Source of the DNA: an uncultured delta proteobacterium | Lineage (GTDB): Bacteria > Desulfobacterota > Syntrophia > Syntrophales > Fen-1087 | Direction: 5' to 3' | DNA length: 64,000 nucleotides | NCBI GenBank assembly: GCA_963743175.1 | Contig: CAVUOQ010000003.1 | Coordinates: 167,680-231,679, forward strand | In this document: positions 18,002 to 27,347 of the stretch, in pieces | Layout of the letters: each line of letters begins with the position of its first letter | Position numbering within the stretch: the first letter of the stretch is position 1 | Notes under the pieces: generated by a model | What the model saw: only the letters and a program-made list of their open reading frames with translations | Database searches by the model: none | Told to the model about the DNA's origin: nothing | Translations under genes and position numbers: made by a program

Positions 18002-19318
18002 ATGTCAGAAACTAATAAAGGTAAGCAGTTATTCACTGTAGCGAGAGTCTTCTTCCTGCTTATCGTAATCCCCTTATCACTGATGGCTATTCTAATCGCC
18101 AACGGCATTTTTAAATTAGGGGTTACAGTCAAAGAACGAGCAGTGACTGCTCTTGACCAGAAATCTCAGGAAGAAATCAAAGTTCGTGCCATGAACACGG
18201 CGGATGAGGTCACTAATTTCCTCACGGAACGCAAGAAGGATATCCTGATTGCCACGATTATTCCGGCATCTGAACCCGTGTTCAGGAACTTCGTCAATGA
18301 AAACAGGAAAAACATCTGGGTCAAGGAAAAGGACAAAATCCGTCAGATCTCGGCGCCTCTTTACACCGAGATCTCCCTCATTGATAAAAATGGCAATGAG
18401 AGGATCAAGGTCTCCAACGGAAAGATCGTCCCCAGTGCGAAACTGGTCAATGTCAGCGCCCCGGCCAATACAACTTATAAAAACGAAGACTATTTTGCCA
18501 GGACAAGAAAATTGAACAAGGGAGAGGTCTATGTCTCCCCGGTCACCGGCTGGTATGTGAACCGGACGGAGTTCGAAAAAGGCAAGCGGTTTGCGGGCAT
18601 TGTCCGATTCGCCACGCCCCTGTTCGGACCAGAGGGATTTGCCGGGATCATCAGCCTGGCCCTTGATTACAGTCACCTTGCCGGTTATACGGACCATATT
18701 ATTCCCACGCAGGCAGCGTCTGTTTTTGAAGCGGATGCTGCAACGGGAAATTATGCCTACATGGTCGACCACGAAGGGTATGTCATTTCTCATCCTAGCG
18801 ACTACCATATCAGGGGGCTTCGTGCCAACGGAATGCCGGTCCCCGCACTCACGCAGACAAATTCGGCAGAACTGGCCAAAAAAGGCGAAGAGGTCCTGAA
18901 TCTGAATCTCCTTTCCTTCATGGATCCGAACCTGCCGGAAGTGGCCAGGGATGCGGCAACTGGAAAATCAGGCATTAAAATGTACAAGTTTGCGGGACAT
19001 ACAAAATTTGTCGCCTATGCGCCCATCAGATTCTTTACAAAAGACGCGCCTGAGCCGGGAGGATTCGGATGGATCGGCATGGGTGTTGATGTGGAGAAAT
19101 TCAACGAACTGGCTATCTCGACAACGAAAAACATCGATAAAGAAGCAAAGGCGTGGACAACGACGATCATTCTGATTCTGACGATCTCCGTTATCATTCT
19201 GTTCCTCATCCTGGCCCTTCTGGCCCGCGGAATCACCCGTTCCATCGAAGCGGAGGTTCCGAAGGGTTCCGAAGGGGAAGGTTATTTCAACGAGGACGAA
19301 GAAGAAGACGATAAATAA
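18002..19318 (+). CDS. double-Cache (dCache-like) periplasmic sensor domain membrane protein without output domain
   Basis: N-terminal TM, about 350-aa extracytoplasmic region with Cache-like pattern (..YF...R.L..GEVYVSPV.., ..AGIISLALDYSHL.., ..YAYMVDHEGYVISHP..), second TM, then only an acidic tail ..YFNEDEEEDDK. Confidence 0.65.
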   Translation: MSETNKGKQLFTVARVFFLLIVIPLSLMAILIANGIFKLGVTVKERAVTALDQKSQEEIKVRAMNTADEVTNFLTERKKDILIATIIPASEPVFRNFVNENRKNIWVKEKDKIRQISAPLYTEISLIDKNGNERIKVSNGKIVPSAKLVNVSAPANTTYKNEDYFARTRKLNKGEVYVSPVTGWYVNRTEFEKGKRFAGIVRFATPLFGPEGFAGIISLALDYSHLAGYTDHIIPTQAASVFEADAATGNYAYMVDHEGYVISHPSDYHIRGLRANGMPVPALTQTNSAELAKKGEEVLNLNLLSFMDPNLPEVARDAATGKSGIKMYKFAGHTKFVAYAPIRFFTKDAPEPGGFGWIGMGVDVEKFNELAISTTKNIDKEAKAWTTTIILILTISVIILFLILALLARGITRSIEAEVPKGSEGEGYFNEDEEEDDK

Positions 19319-19327
19319 ATCTGCATA

Positions 19328-19358
19328 GGCCGGAAGCTTCGACTTCCGGCCTATTTTT
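19328..19358 (+). terminator. rho-independent terminator after the Cache gene
   Basis: GGCCGGAAG-cttcga-CTTCCGGCC followed by TATTTTTA. Confidence 0.75.
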
Positions 19359-19412
19359 ATTCCATCGACCTGCCTATCCACCCCAGCCTATCCTTCACGA
19401 AACGAGAACTTT

Positions 19413-19565
19413 GTATAACCGATGAGAAATGGTTTGCAAGCGGCGAATCAAATTTTTCCGCCTTGCGAGAGATGACGTTAACGGTTTGCCGGATATCGTG
19501 ATTATGTCTGGTCGTCCTCTTGGAGGAAAAGATATTTGAACTGCGGCGAAGCCATTTTCCAAAGG
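19413..19565 (+). repeat. family-B interspersed repeat, copy 2
   Basis: GTATAACCGATGAGAAATGGTTTGCAAGCGGCGAATCAAA...GCGGCGAAGCCATTTTCCAAAGG, aligned to copy 1. Confidence 0.85.
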
Positions 19566-19703
19566 TCACGAGCCGCCTTGCGCGCTGTGCGAAGATTTTG
19601 TCACGATCTTTCCGTTTGACTTGCCTGGACCGATTTGATAGGAAACTGACGCAATTCCAAACGACATTGCCCGTCACAGCAAATCATGCAGGAGGAGATA
19701 TTC

Positions 19704-22115
19704 ATGAAAGACGATAAAATGGTTTTATGGTTCGATGAACTTGAACTGGCCGACATTCCGCAGGTGGGCGGCAAGAATGCCTCACTCGGTGAAATGAGGA
19801 GAGAATTGATTCCCAAAGGGGTCCGAATCCCCGATGGTTACGCTGTGACAGCCAATGCTTACCGTTATCTTTTGAAATCATCCGGCATTGTCGAGCAGAT
19901 GAAGCAGATTCTTTCGGACCTGGACACCCACGACATGGAGAATCTGAAAAACCGGGGACGGCAGATTCGATCACTCATCTATCATTCGCCTTTTCCAAAG
20001 GATCTGGAAGATGAAATCATCGCGGCGTACGGGAAGCTCTGCGAGGAATACGGACCTGATACAGACGTGGCCGTTCGCAGTTCCGCCACGGCGGAAGACC
20101 TTCCTGACGCAAGCTTCGCCGGACAGCAGGAGACCTATCTCAACGTGACCGGGAAAGAGGCCCTCCTCGAAGCCTGCAAGAAATGTTTCGCTTCCCTGTT
20201 TACGGACCGGGCCATATCCTACCGGGTTGACAAAGGGTTTGATCATCTGTCCATTGCCCTGTCCATCGGGGTGCAGAAAATGGTCCGCTCGGATCTGGCG
20301 ACATCCGGAGTCATCTTTTCGATCGACACGGAATCCGGCTTCAAGGATGCTATCCTGATCACCGGGTCTTACGGACTGGGAGAAACGGTGGTCCAGGGGT
20401 CCGTCAACCCCGATGAATTTTTCGTCTTTAAACCCACACTGAAAACCGGACATCGGCCGATTATTCAAAAAAAGCTGGGCACCAAGGAAATCAAAATGGT
20501 CTATGCGACAGGAGTGGGAGGAGACGCCACTGAAACCGTTCCTGTTCCCCGGGAAGACTGCGAGCGGTTTTGTCTGACGGATGACGAAATTCTCCAGCTG
20601 GCCCGCTGGACCACGATCATTGAGGATCATTATTCCGCCGAGGCCGGTTATTTCAAACCCATGGACATCGAATGGGGAAAGGACGGCCGGACCGGTGATC
20701 TCTTTATTCTGCAGGCCAGACCGGAAACGGTCCAGTCGCAGAAGGACGTCAATGTCCTGGAAAGTTATGTCCTCCTCGAATCCAGGGAACCTTTGGTCAC
20801 CGGGACCAGCGTCGGCGCAAAAATCGGGGCCGGACCCGTTCAGGTCATAAAATCCGTGGATGAGATCAGAAACTTCAAAAAAGGGGAGGTTCTGGTTACC
20901 GACATGACCGACCCTGACTGGGAACCGGTCATGAAGATTGCCGCGGCCATCGTCACCAACAAGGGAGGCCGGACCTGTCATGCCGCCATTGTCAGCCGGG
21001 AACTGGGCGTGCCCTGCATTGTAGGGACAGGAAAAGGAACAAAGGCGTTGATGGGGGTGACCCACGCTACGGTATCCTGTGCGGAAGGAGAAGTAGGCAA
21101 GGTTTATGACGGCCTCCTGAAGTTTGAAGTTCAGCGGATCAACGCCAAGAACCTGACCCGTCCCAGGACTAAAATCATGATGAATGTGGGAAATCCCGAA
21201 AATGCCTTTACGCTGGCCGCGATTCCCAACGACGGGGTAGGGCTTGCCCGACTGGAATTTATCATCAACCAGTTCATCAGCATCCATCCCATGTCCCTGA
21301 TTCAGTTCGATAAGGTCACCGATGCGGCGGTCCGCAGCAAGATTGAAACACTGACCAGAGGCTACAATGACCGGCGGGATTTCTTCGTGGACAAACTCGC
21401 CCAGGGGGTTGCAAAAATAGGCGCCGCCTTCTGGCCGAAGGAAGTTATCGTCCGGATGAGCGATTTCAAAAGTAACGAGTATGCCAATCTGATTGGTGGG
21501 GCCTTCTTCGAGCCCCATGAAGAAAACCCGATGATCGGGTTCCGAGGCGCCTCCCGTTACTACGACGATAAATATCGTGCCGCCTTCGCCCTGGAATGCG
21601 AGGCCATGAAAAAGGTCAGAAACGAAATGGGGCTGACCAATGTGAAACTGATGATTCCCTTCTGCCGGACCGTGGAGGAAGGGGAAAAAGTCATCAAGGT
21701 CATGGCAGACAGGGGACTTGTTCAGGGTGAAAATGGTCTTGAAATTTACATGATGGTTGAGATCCCGAGCAATGTCGTCCTGATCGACGATTTCGGCAAG
21801 ATCTTCGATGGTTTTTCTATCGGCTCAAACGATCTGACCCAGTTGACGCTCGGTCTGGACAGGGATTCGGCGGAAGTTGCCCACATCTTCGATGAACGAA
21901 ACAAAGCCGTGATGGATCTGATCCGGATCGCCATCACCAAATCCAACAAAATGGGCAAGAAAATCGGCATTTGCGGTCAGGCGCCCAGTGATTATCCTGA
22001 ATTTGCCAGATTCCTTGTTGAATGCGGGATTGACAGCATATCCCTTAATTCCGATACGGTTATTAAAACGACGGTGGAGATTCTGGAAACAGAAAAATCG
22101 CTCAGCGAGTCGTAA
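19704..22115 (+). CDS. ppsA: phosphoenolpyruvate synthase (pyruvate, water dikinase)
   Basis: VGGKNASLGEM, ..SSATAEDLPDASFAGQQ.., phosphohistidine GGRTCHAAIVSRELG, C-terminal PEP-utilising domain. Start at Met 19704 after AGGAGGAG. Confidence 0.95.
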   Translation: MKDDKMVLWFDELELADIPQVGGKNASLGEMRRELIPKGVRIPDGYAVTANAYRYLLKSSGIVEQMKQILSDLDTHDMENLKNRGRQIRSLIYHSPFPKDLEDEIIAAYGKLCEEYGPDTDVAVRSSATAEDLPDASFAGQQETYLNVTGKEALLEACKKCFASLFTDRAISYRVDKGFDHLSIALSIGVQKMVRSDLATSGVIFSIDTESGFKDAILITGSYGLGETVVQGSVNPDEFFVFKPTLKTGHRPIIQKKLGTKEIKMVYATGVGGDATETVPVPREDCERFCLTDDEILQLARWTTIIEDHYSAEAGYFKPMDIEWGKDGRTGDLFILQARPETVQSQKDVNVLESYVLLESREPLVTGTSVGAKIGAGPVQVIKSVDEIRNFKKGEVLVTDMTDPDWEPVMKIAAAIVTNKGGRTCHAAIVSRELGVPCIVGTGKGTKALMGVTHATVSCAEGEVGKVYDGLLKFEVQRINAKNLTRPRTKIMMNVGNPENAFTLAAIPNDGVGLARLEFIINQFISIHPMSLIQFDKVTDAAVRSKIETLTRGYNDRRDFFVDKLAQGVAKIGAAFWPKEVIVRMSDFKSNEYANLIGGAFFEPHEENPMIGFRGASRYYDDKYRAAFALECEAMKKVRNEMGLTNVKLMIPFCRTVEEGEKVIKVMADRGLVQGENGLEIYMMVEIPSNVVLIDDFGKIFDGFSIGSNDLTQLTLGLDRDSAEVAHIFDERNKAVMDLIRIAITKSNKMGKKIGICGQAPSDYPEFARFLVECGIDSISLNSDTVIKTTVEILETEKSLSES

Positions 22116-22143
22116 GTCCGATTCGCCGCCGTTAGAAAGCAAA

Positions 22144-22186
22144 CAGCGTTCAGCGCGGATATACATGCGCTGAACGCTGTTTTTTT
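22144..22186. terminator. palindromic (potentially bidirectional) terminator between ppsA and rnpB
   Basis: CAGCGTTCAGCGC-ggatatacat-GCGCTGAACGCTG, with a T7 run on the plus side and an A-run/T-rich tract on the other. Confidence 0.75.
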
Positions 22187-22198
22187 AAAAGGTGTCAA

Positions 22199-22565
22199 AC
22201 CAGATCATAAGCCGAGTTCTGTTCCGCCCGTCGGTCACCCGGAAGGCGGCGATGATCATTCATCTGGGACAGCAGTTGCCTGCGGCCTCAAGCGACACTA
22301 CCCGAGAACGTCGGGCGGGCCACCCTTAAATGTTCTCCTATTCGGTCTTGCTCCGGATGGGGTTTACCATGCCTTCCCTGTCACCAGGGAAGCGGTGAGC
22401 TCTTACCTCGCCTTTTCACCCTTACCCGCCATGGCCGGGCGGTATATTTTCTGTGGCACTTTCCTTAGGGTCGCCCCCAGTCGCCGTTAGCGACCATCCT
22501 GCCCTGTGGAGCTCGGACTTTCCTCCCGTCCGGATACATCCGGACCAGCGATCATCTGATCTACT
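22199..22565 (-). ncRNA. rnpB: RNase P RNA (bacterial type A)
   Basis: The reverse complement contains GGAGGAAAGTCCGAGCTCCACAGGGCAG, GGTAAACCCCATCCGGAGCAAGACC and ACAGAACTCGGCTTATGATCTGG. The 5' AGATCAGATGATC pairs with the 3' GATCATC/TGATCT (P1/P2). Ends are +/-5 nt. Confidence 0.9.
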
Positions 22566-22631
22566 CCAACACCTCCATTTTTGCTTGTTATAAACCATAA
22601 AACGAAAAAGAACCAGCTGTTTGTATTCAGG

Positions 22632-23372
22632 CTATTCGCCTTTTCTATTCTGATCCTCCCAGTAAATGATCCGGCTGCAATGGGGACAATATTTGATATC
22701 GTCATCTTTTTGTAGTTCAATATACAATTGCGGCGGAATATTCATATGGCAGCCCCTGCAAATCTCTTTCCAGGCGGCGACCACCGCCAGACCATGACTC
22801 CTGTGTTTTATTGTTTCATATTTTTTCAACAGATCCGGCGTTATTTGCTCCTTCAGCAGCAAATCCCTTTCAAGATAAATAGAAATCTCCGCATCCAGGG
22901 CTGTCAGTTCCTGCTCAATCTGTTGCTTTTGGGATTCGTGATCACGCCGGTTTTCATCCAGTTCCTTTTCTCTCACCCTGACCACTTTTCTGACCTGATC
23001 AAGCTTATCCATGACGATGAGAATCTCATCCTCCAGGCCGTTGTTTTTCAATTCGGTGATTTCAATTTCCTTGAGCATCGCCTGATATTCCTTGTTCGTC
23101 TTGACCTCAGACAGACGATCTCTGGCTTTTTTCAGGTTCTCAAATCCCCGCTTGAGTTTCTCTTCCCTCTCCTTGTGGGTTTTGTTTAAATCCTCCAGAG
23201 TCTCTTGATCTTTTTCGAAATCAGCACAAAAAGCATGGAACGCTCCATCCAGTTTTGCCAATTCCCTCGGCAGCAATTTTTTACGGTTATTAATCCTGAT
23301 GATCTCTGTATCATTCTTCTGTAAATCAATGATCAATCGTCGTTGTGCTCCCAACCGCACCCCTCCCTTCAT
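22632..23372 (-). CDS. zinc-ribbon / coiled-coil protein (COG1579, DUF164-like)
   Basis: Long coiled coil, then C-terminal CRGC..(18)..CPHC zinc ribbon. Start uncertain (ATG 23372, or TTG 23354 behind AAGGGAGGGG). Confidence 0.65.
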   Translation of the reverse strand: MKGGVRLGAQRRLIIDLQKNDTEIIRINNRKKLLPRELAKLDGAFHAFCADFEKDQETLEDLNKTHKEREEKLKRGFENLKKARDRLSEVKTNKEYQAMLKEIEITELKNNGLEDEILIVMDKLDQVRKVVRVREKELDENRRDHESQKQQIEQELTALDAEISIYLERDLLLKEQITPDLLKKYETIKHRSHGLAVVAAWKEICRGCHMNIPPQLYIELQKDDDIKYCPHCSRIIYWEDQNRKGE

Positions 23373-23531
23373 TATAACATTGCAAAAAAAATGCACCCTT
23401 GGGCAGGTGCATTTTTCAGAGGAAGTCCGGACTTCCCGAATCTGTTGTCCACTCATTTGAATAAATCCGCTGAATCACCATCAACGCCATCCCCGATATT
23501 CTTGATTTAAAATCCCTGCCGGGAAGTGATA

Positions 23532-23605
23532 ATGGGCCCACCTGGATTCGAACCAGGGACCGACCGGTTATGAGCCGGTGGCTCTACCAATTGAGCTATG
23601 GGCCC
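23532..23605 (-). tRNA. tRNA with CAU anticodon (elongator Met, or Ile2 if lysidine-modified)
   Basis: GGGCCCATAGCTCAATTGGTAGAGCCACCGGCTCATAACCGGTCGGTCCCTGGTTCGAATCCAGGTGGGCCCA folds as a cloverleaf. G1-C72 and the lack of a GGG/CCC anticodon stem exclude an initiator. Confidence 0.9.
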
Positions 23606-23715
23606 GTACACGACTGGAACTTGTGATGCCTCACTTGACACTGTTGCTACACCGAGTACGGCCTATTGTCAACATTCTAATTTACTGAACCAACAAGAAG
23701 CCATTGCACATATCC

Positions 23716-25467
23716 CTATTTCAACAAAGGTTTCAGGACTTTTCTTCTGGAAGGATTCCTCAGTTTCCGCACGGCGTTCGCATCTGCGGATCGCAGATGG
23801 TCCTTCAAAAGCTCCATTGCCTCCTGTTTCTTTTCAGAGACCAAATCGGTCCGCTCACTGATACCGAAACGCATCCGCAGGACCTTTTCCTCTCTAGGCG
23901 TCAAGGTGGACAATATTTTCCGCGTCTGCTCTGCCAGATCCATGCTGATCGTCGCTTCCGAAGGGGAAATGATCTTCTTGTCTTCGATAAAGTCACCCAG
24001 GTGACTGTCCTCCTCTTCACCAATCGGGGTCTCCAGGGAAATGGGTTCCTTGGCGATCTTTAATACTTTTCGGACCTTTTCCAGGGGATATTCCATTTTA
24101 TTGGCAATTTCCTCCGGCGTCGGCTCCCGTCCCAACTCCTGAACCAGATAACGGGAGGTCCGGATCAGTTTATTGATGGTCTCGATCATATGAACTGGAA
24201 TGCGGATGGTCCTGGCCTGATCGGCGATCGCCCTGGTGATGGCCTGTCTGATCCACCAGGTGGCATAGGTGGAAAATTTATAGCCCCGCTGATATTCAAA
24301 TTTATCCACCGCTTTCATCAAACCGATGTTTCCTTCCTGAATAAGGTCCAGAAACTGCAGGCCCCGGTTCGTATATTTTTTGGCAATGCTGACAACCAGG
24401 CGAAGATTGGCCTCTACCAGCTTTCTTTTGGCAATCTCCGCCTTGGCCTCGCCACACTCGATGGAATCGACCATCTTCTTCACGGCGGTTGCCGACAGCC
24501 CGACCTCCTGGGAAATTTTCTTGATTGTCCGGTTGGCTTCCCTGACGGTCGCTTCACAGGCCTTCAATGTCTCTCTGCTGATATTCAATTTCCGGGTTAC
24601 ACGTTTTTCATCCACCGCTGATTTTTTCATGGATATCCATGCTTGTTCCATCTGTGTCAGGGAAAGGCCCGTCTGATCCTTGCAGGCTTGAACATCTTTC
24701 TCCACCTGCTCGATCTCCTCAAGATAGCCCTTGAGAAGAGCGACCATCCTGTCAATCTGCCTCTTGCTGAATTTGACTTTGCGGCAAAGCTGGATGATAC
24801 GCTTCGTATTCTCATCCAGCTCGCTGCGAAGAATTTCCTTCTGAAAATCGAGCAGGCCCTTCGTTTTCAGTTTCAAGCGCAGGATATCATTCTTCTTATC
24901 CAGGACTGTGACCTTGTCAATCAGCTTCAGCAAGCGTTCCCTGTGGAGATCTTCCTCTACGTAGCCATCTTCATCTTCAAGGTTATCCACGACATTCTTG
25001 ACGCGCAGATCCTCATTTCTCAGCCGGACGCCGATATCCACGACATTTTTGATACAGACGTTGACACCAAACACCGCATCCATGCTTTCTTTCAGGCCTT
25101 CTTCGATCTTCTTGGCAATTTCAACCTCCCCTTCCCGGCTGAGCAGCGAAACGAGGCCCATTTCACGGAGGTACATTTTGACGGGATCCCCGGTCTTTCC
25201 GACAAGCGGCGCGAGCCCCAGCGTTTCCTCTTCCTTGGTGCCGGCAAGCTCATCCGTCGGCTTCTTAACGATCAGTTTTTCGCCCTTGTCCGTATCGATG
25301 ATGTCGATATTCTTCTCGCCGAAAAGCATGATGATATCGTCAATCTGATCGGAAGAAATAATGTCCGACGGCAACAGGTCATTCACGTCGTCATAGGTGA
25401 GAAAACCCTTTTCCTCCCCCAAGGATATCAGCTTCTTAAATTCATCTGTCGGTATTTCTTTCGCCAT
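23716..25467 (-). CDS. rpoD: RNA polymerase primary sigma factor (sigma-70 family) with atypical region 4.2
   Basis: Regions 1.1-4 are present; [27 protein letters not shown] (2.3/2.4); dnaG-rpoD synteny. The C-terminus is ..[45 protein letters not shown]. Confidence 0.9.
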   Translation of the reverse strand: MAKEIPTDEFKKLISLGEEKGFLTYDDVNDLLPSDIISSDQIDDIIMLFGEKNIDIIDTDKGEKLIVKKPTDELAGTKEEETLGLAPLVGKTGDPVKMYLREMGLVSLLSREGEVEIAKKIEEGLKESMDAVFGVNVCIKNVVDIGVRLRNEDLRVKNVVDNLEDEDGYVEEDLHRERLLKLIDKVTVLDKKNDILRLKLKTKGLLDFQKEILRSELDENTKRIIQLCRKVKFSKRQIDRMVALLKGYLEEIEQVEKDVQACKDQTGLSLTQMEQAWISMKKSAVDEKRVTRKLNISRETLKACEATVREANRTIKKISQEVGLSATAVKKMVDSIECGEAKAEIAKRKLVEANLRLVVSIAKKYTNRGLQFLDLIQEGNIGLMKAVDKFEYQRGYKFSTYATWWIRQAITRAIADQARTIRIPVHMIETINKLIRTSRYLVQELGREPTPEEIANKMEYPLEKVRKVLKIAKEPISLETPIGEEEDSHLGDFIEDKKIISPSEATISMDLAEQTRKILSTLTPREEKVLRMRFGISERTDLVSEKKQEAMELLKDHLRSADANAVRKLRNPSRRKVLKPLLK

Positions 25468-25512
25468 GTCATTGTCTCCCGGAACGAATTTTTATCCCCT
25501 TGCCAAACGGGC

Positions 25513-27282
25513 TTAAATCCCCAGCATTTTTTCTTCTTTAGAAAGGCGGTCTTTTTCCACCAAAAGCCGGCCGCACCGATCCGTATCGCCAGTTTCCTGT
25601 GCCTTTTTAATGTCCGGATTCAGTGCCTTAATTTTTTCCTTGTACCAGCGCCGCCTGATCTGTCGCGTGGTATCGACGACCAGCCGATCCAGTATCTTTT
25701 CTTCCTCAAACGGCCGCGCCTCCATGAGCTTTTTCATCAGGCCTTCCCGGAGGGGTCCCGGGTCCAAGCGGCTTATTGCTTCGACCGCATCTAAAGGCTG
25801 TAAGCCGGCGGCAGCGTCCAGTAATATCTTCCCGAATTTTTTTAGCTCCATGTTCGTAAAGTAACCCAGAATTTTTGTCTGCGCCAAATGGTTGCATATT
25901 CCCGGATGGATCAGTAACAGATGGATTAAATTGAGTTCCAGCTTATCGATCTCCTCCACACGGCTTCTGCGGATTGCGCCGGCGTTTGTTATGGCGGGCA
26001 GCGTATGGGAAATTTCGTTTTTCAAAAGTTCCTGGTCAATGCCCAGCATTTCCGAGACCCGCTTGATGAAGAGATTCCTGTCGATGACGTTTTCAATCTG
26101 TTTGATAAAAGCAACGGCTTTTCGGAACGAATCCCGATCTTTTTCAAAACCACCTCGATCTCCCAGGACATGATCAATATAGTAATCGACCAAGGAGGGA
26201 GCGCGGTTGATCAGATCCAGCAGGGCATCCCCGCCATAAGTCCGGACGTAATCGTCGGGATCAAGATTCTCAGGGAGCACGAGGACGCGGGCACTCAGGT
26301 TGCCTGCCAGGAACAGTTCCAGGCTTCTCATCAGGGCTTTGCGACCCGCCTCATCAGGATCGAAGAGAACCACAACATGTGTCGTATAACGGCCGATCAG
26401 ATCAATCTGATCTTTCGTCAGTGCGGTCCCCAACGTGGCCACGACATGAGTGATGCCTGCACTCCAGAGTGAAATCAGGTCAAAATACCCTTCCACCAGA
26501 ATGACATAACCCTGCCTGCGGATGGCCTCTTTTGCCCTGTTGAGTGCGTACAGATTCCTCCCCTTGACATAAACACCCGATTCGGGGGAATTGAGATACT
26601 TGGGCTCTCCATCGCCAATAAGCCTTCCCCCGAAGGCGATGACGCGGCCATTGAAATCTTCGACGGGGAACATCAATCGGCCCCGGAAACGGTCATATGG
26701 GGAGGCGTCCTTTCCCGGGATGAGGAGCCCCGCCTGTTCGGCGTTTGCCAAAGACGCCTTTTCCTTTTCGAAAAAGTCCCGCAGGTGACGCCAGCTGTTC
26801 AGGGCAAAACCGAGACGAAACTCCCTGACGACTTCTTCCCGGACTCCCCGTTGCCTAAGATAAGCAACGGCTTCTTTCCCTGAGGATGTGGCCAGGTTTC
26901 TGATATAATGGTCGGCCGCCATTTCGTTGATCCTGATCAACTGCTCCTGATGGCTGGCCTCCTGCCTCTCCTTCTGCGAAATCCGCTCCGGAATGATGAC
27001 CCCTGTTTTTTTCGCCAGGTGACGGATGGCCTCAGGATAGGTCATCTGGCTGATTTTCATCAAAAAAGCAAAAACATTACCCCCTTCGCCACATCCGAAA
27101 CAGTAAAACATCTGGCGGTCCGGTGTGACGGTAAACGAGGGCGTTTTTTCCTTGTGAAAAGGACAAAGGCCGACAAAATTCCGCCCCGCCTTTTTCAGCG
27201 TAACATATTCTGAAACCAGCTCAACGATGTTGGCGCGGTTTTTAATCTCCTCAACCTTGATGTCCGGTATATAACCCTTCAA
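25513..27282 (-). CDS. dnaG: DNA primase
   Basis: Zinc finger CPFHKEKTPSF..CFGCGEGG, TOPRIM region VILVEGYFDLISL..VVLFDPDEAG. Confidence 0.95.
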   Translation of the reverse strand: MKGYIPDIKVEEIKNRANIVELVSEYVTLKKAGRNFVGLCPFHKEKTPSFTVTPDRQMFYCFGCGEGGNVFAFLMKISQMTYPEAIRHLAKKTGVIIPERISQKERQEASHQEQLIRINEMAADHYIRNLATSSGKEAVAYLRQRGVREEVVREFRLGFALNSWRHLRDFFEKEKASLANAEQAGLLIPGKDASPYDRFRGRLMFPVEDFNGRVIAFGGRLIGDGEPKYLNSPESGVYVKGRNLYALNRAKEAIRRQGYVILVEGYFDLISLWSAGITHVVATLGTALTKDQIDLIGRYTTHVVVLFDPDEAGRKALMRSLELFLAGNLSARVLVLPENLDPDDYVRTYGGDALLDLINRAPSLVDYYIDHVLGDRGGFEKDRDSFRKAVAFIKQIENVIDRNLFIKRVSEMLGIDQELLKNEISHTLPAITNAGAIRRSRVEEIDKLELNLIHLLLIHPGICNHLAQTKILGYFTNMELKKFGKILLDAAAGLQPLDAVEAISRLDPGPLREGLMKKLMEARPFEEEKILDRLVVDTTRQIRRRWYKEKIKALNPDIKKAQETGDTDRCGRLLVEKDRLSKEEKMLGI

Positions 27283-27347
27283 TCGTGCCCTCTCAAGACG
27301 GATCGACCCGATAAACCTGCAAGCTTTTATTATGGAAGCTTATATGG

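Noticed and set aside
23716-23900. A compensating double frameshift as the explanation for the odd RpoD region 4.2, given indel errors elsewhere.
   Set aside because: The two alternative frames contain stop codons and do not yield the canonical sequence. The length is exactly conserved, and the differences from canonical codons involve multiple substitutions per codon.
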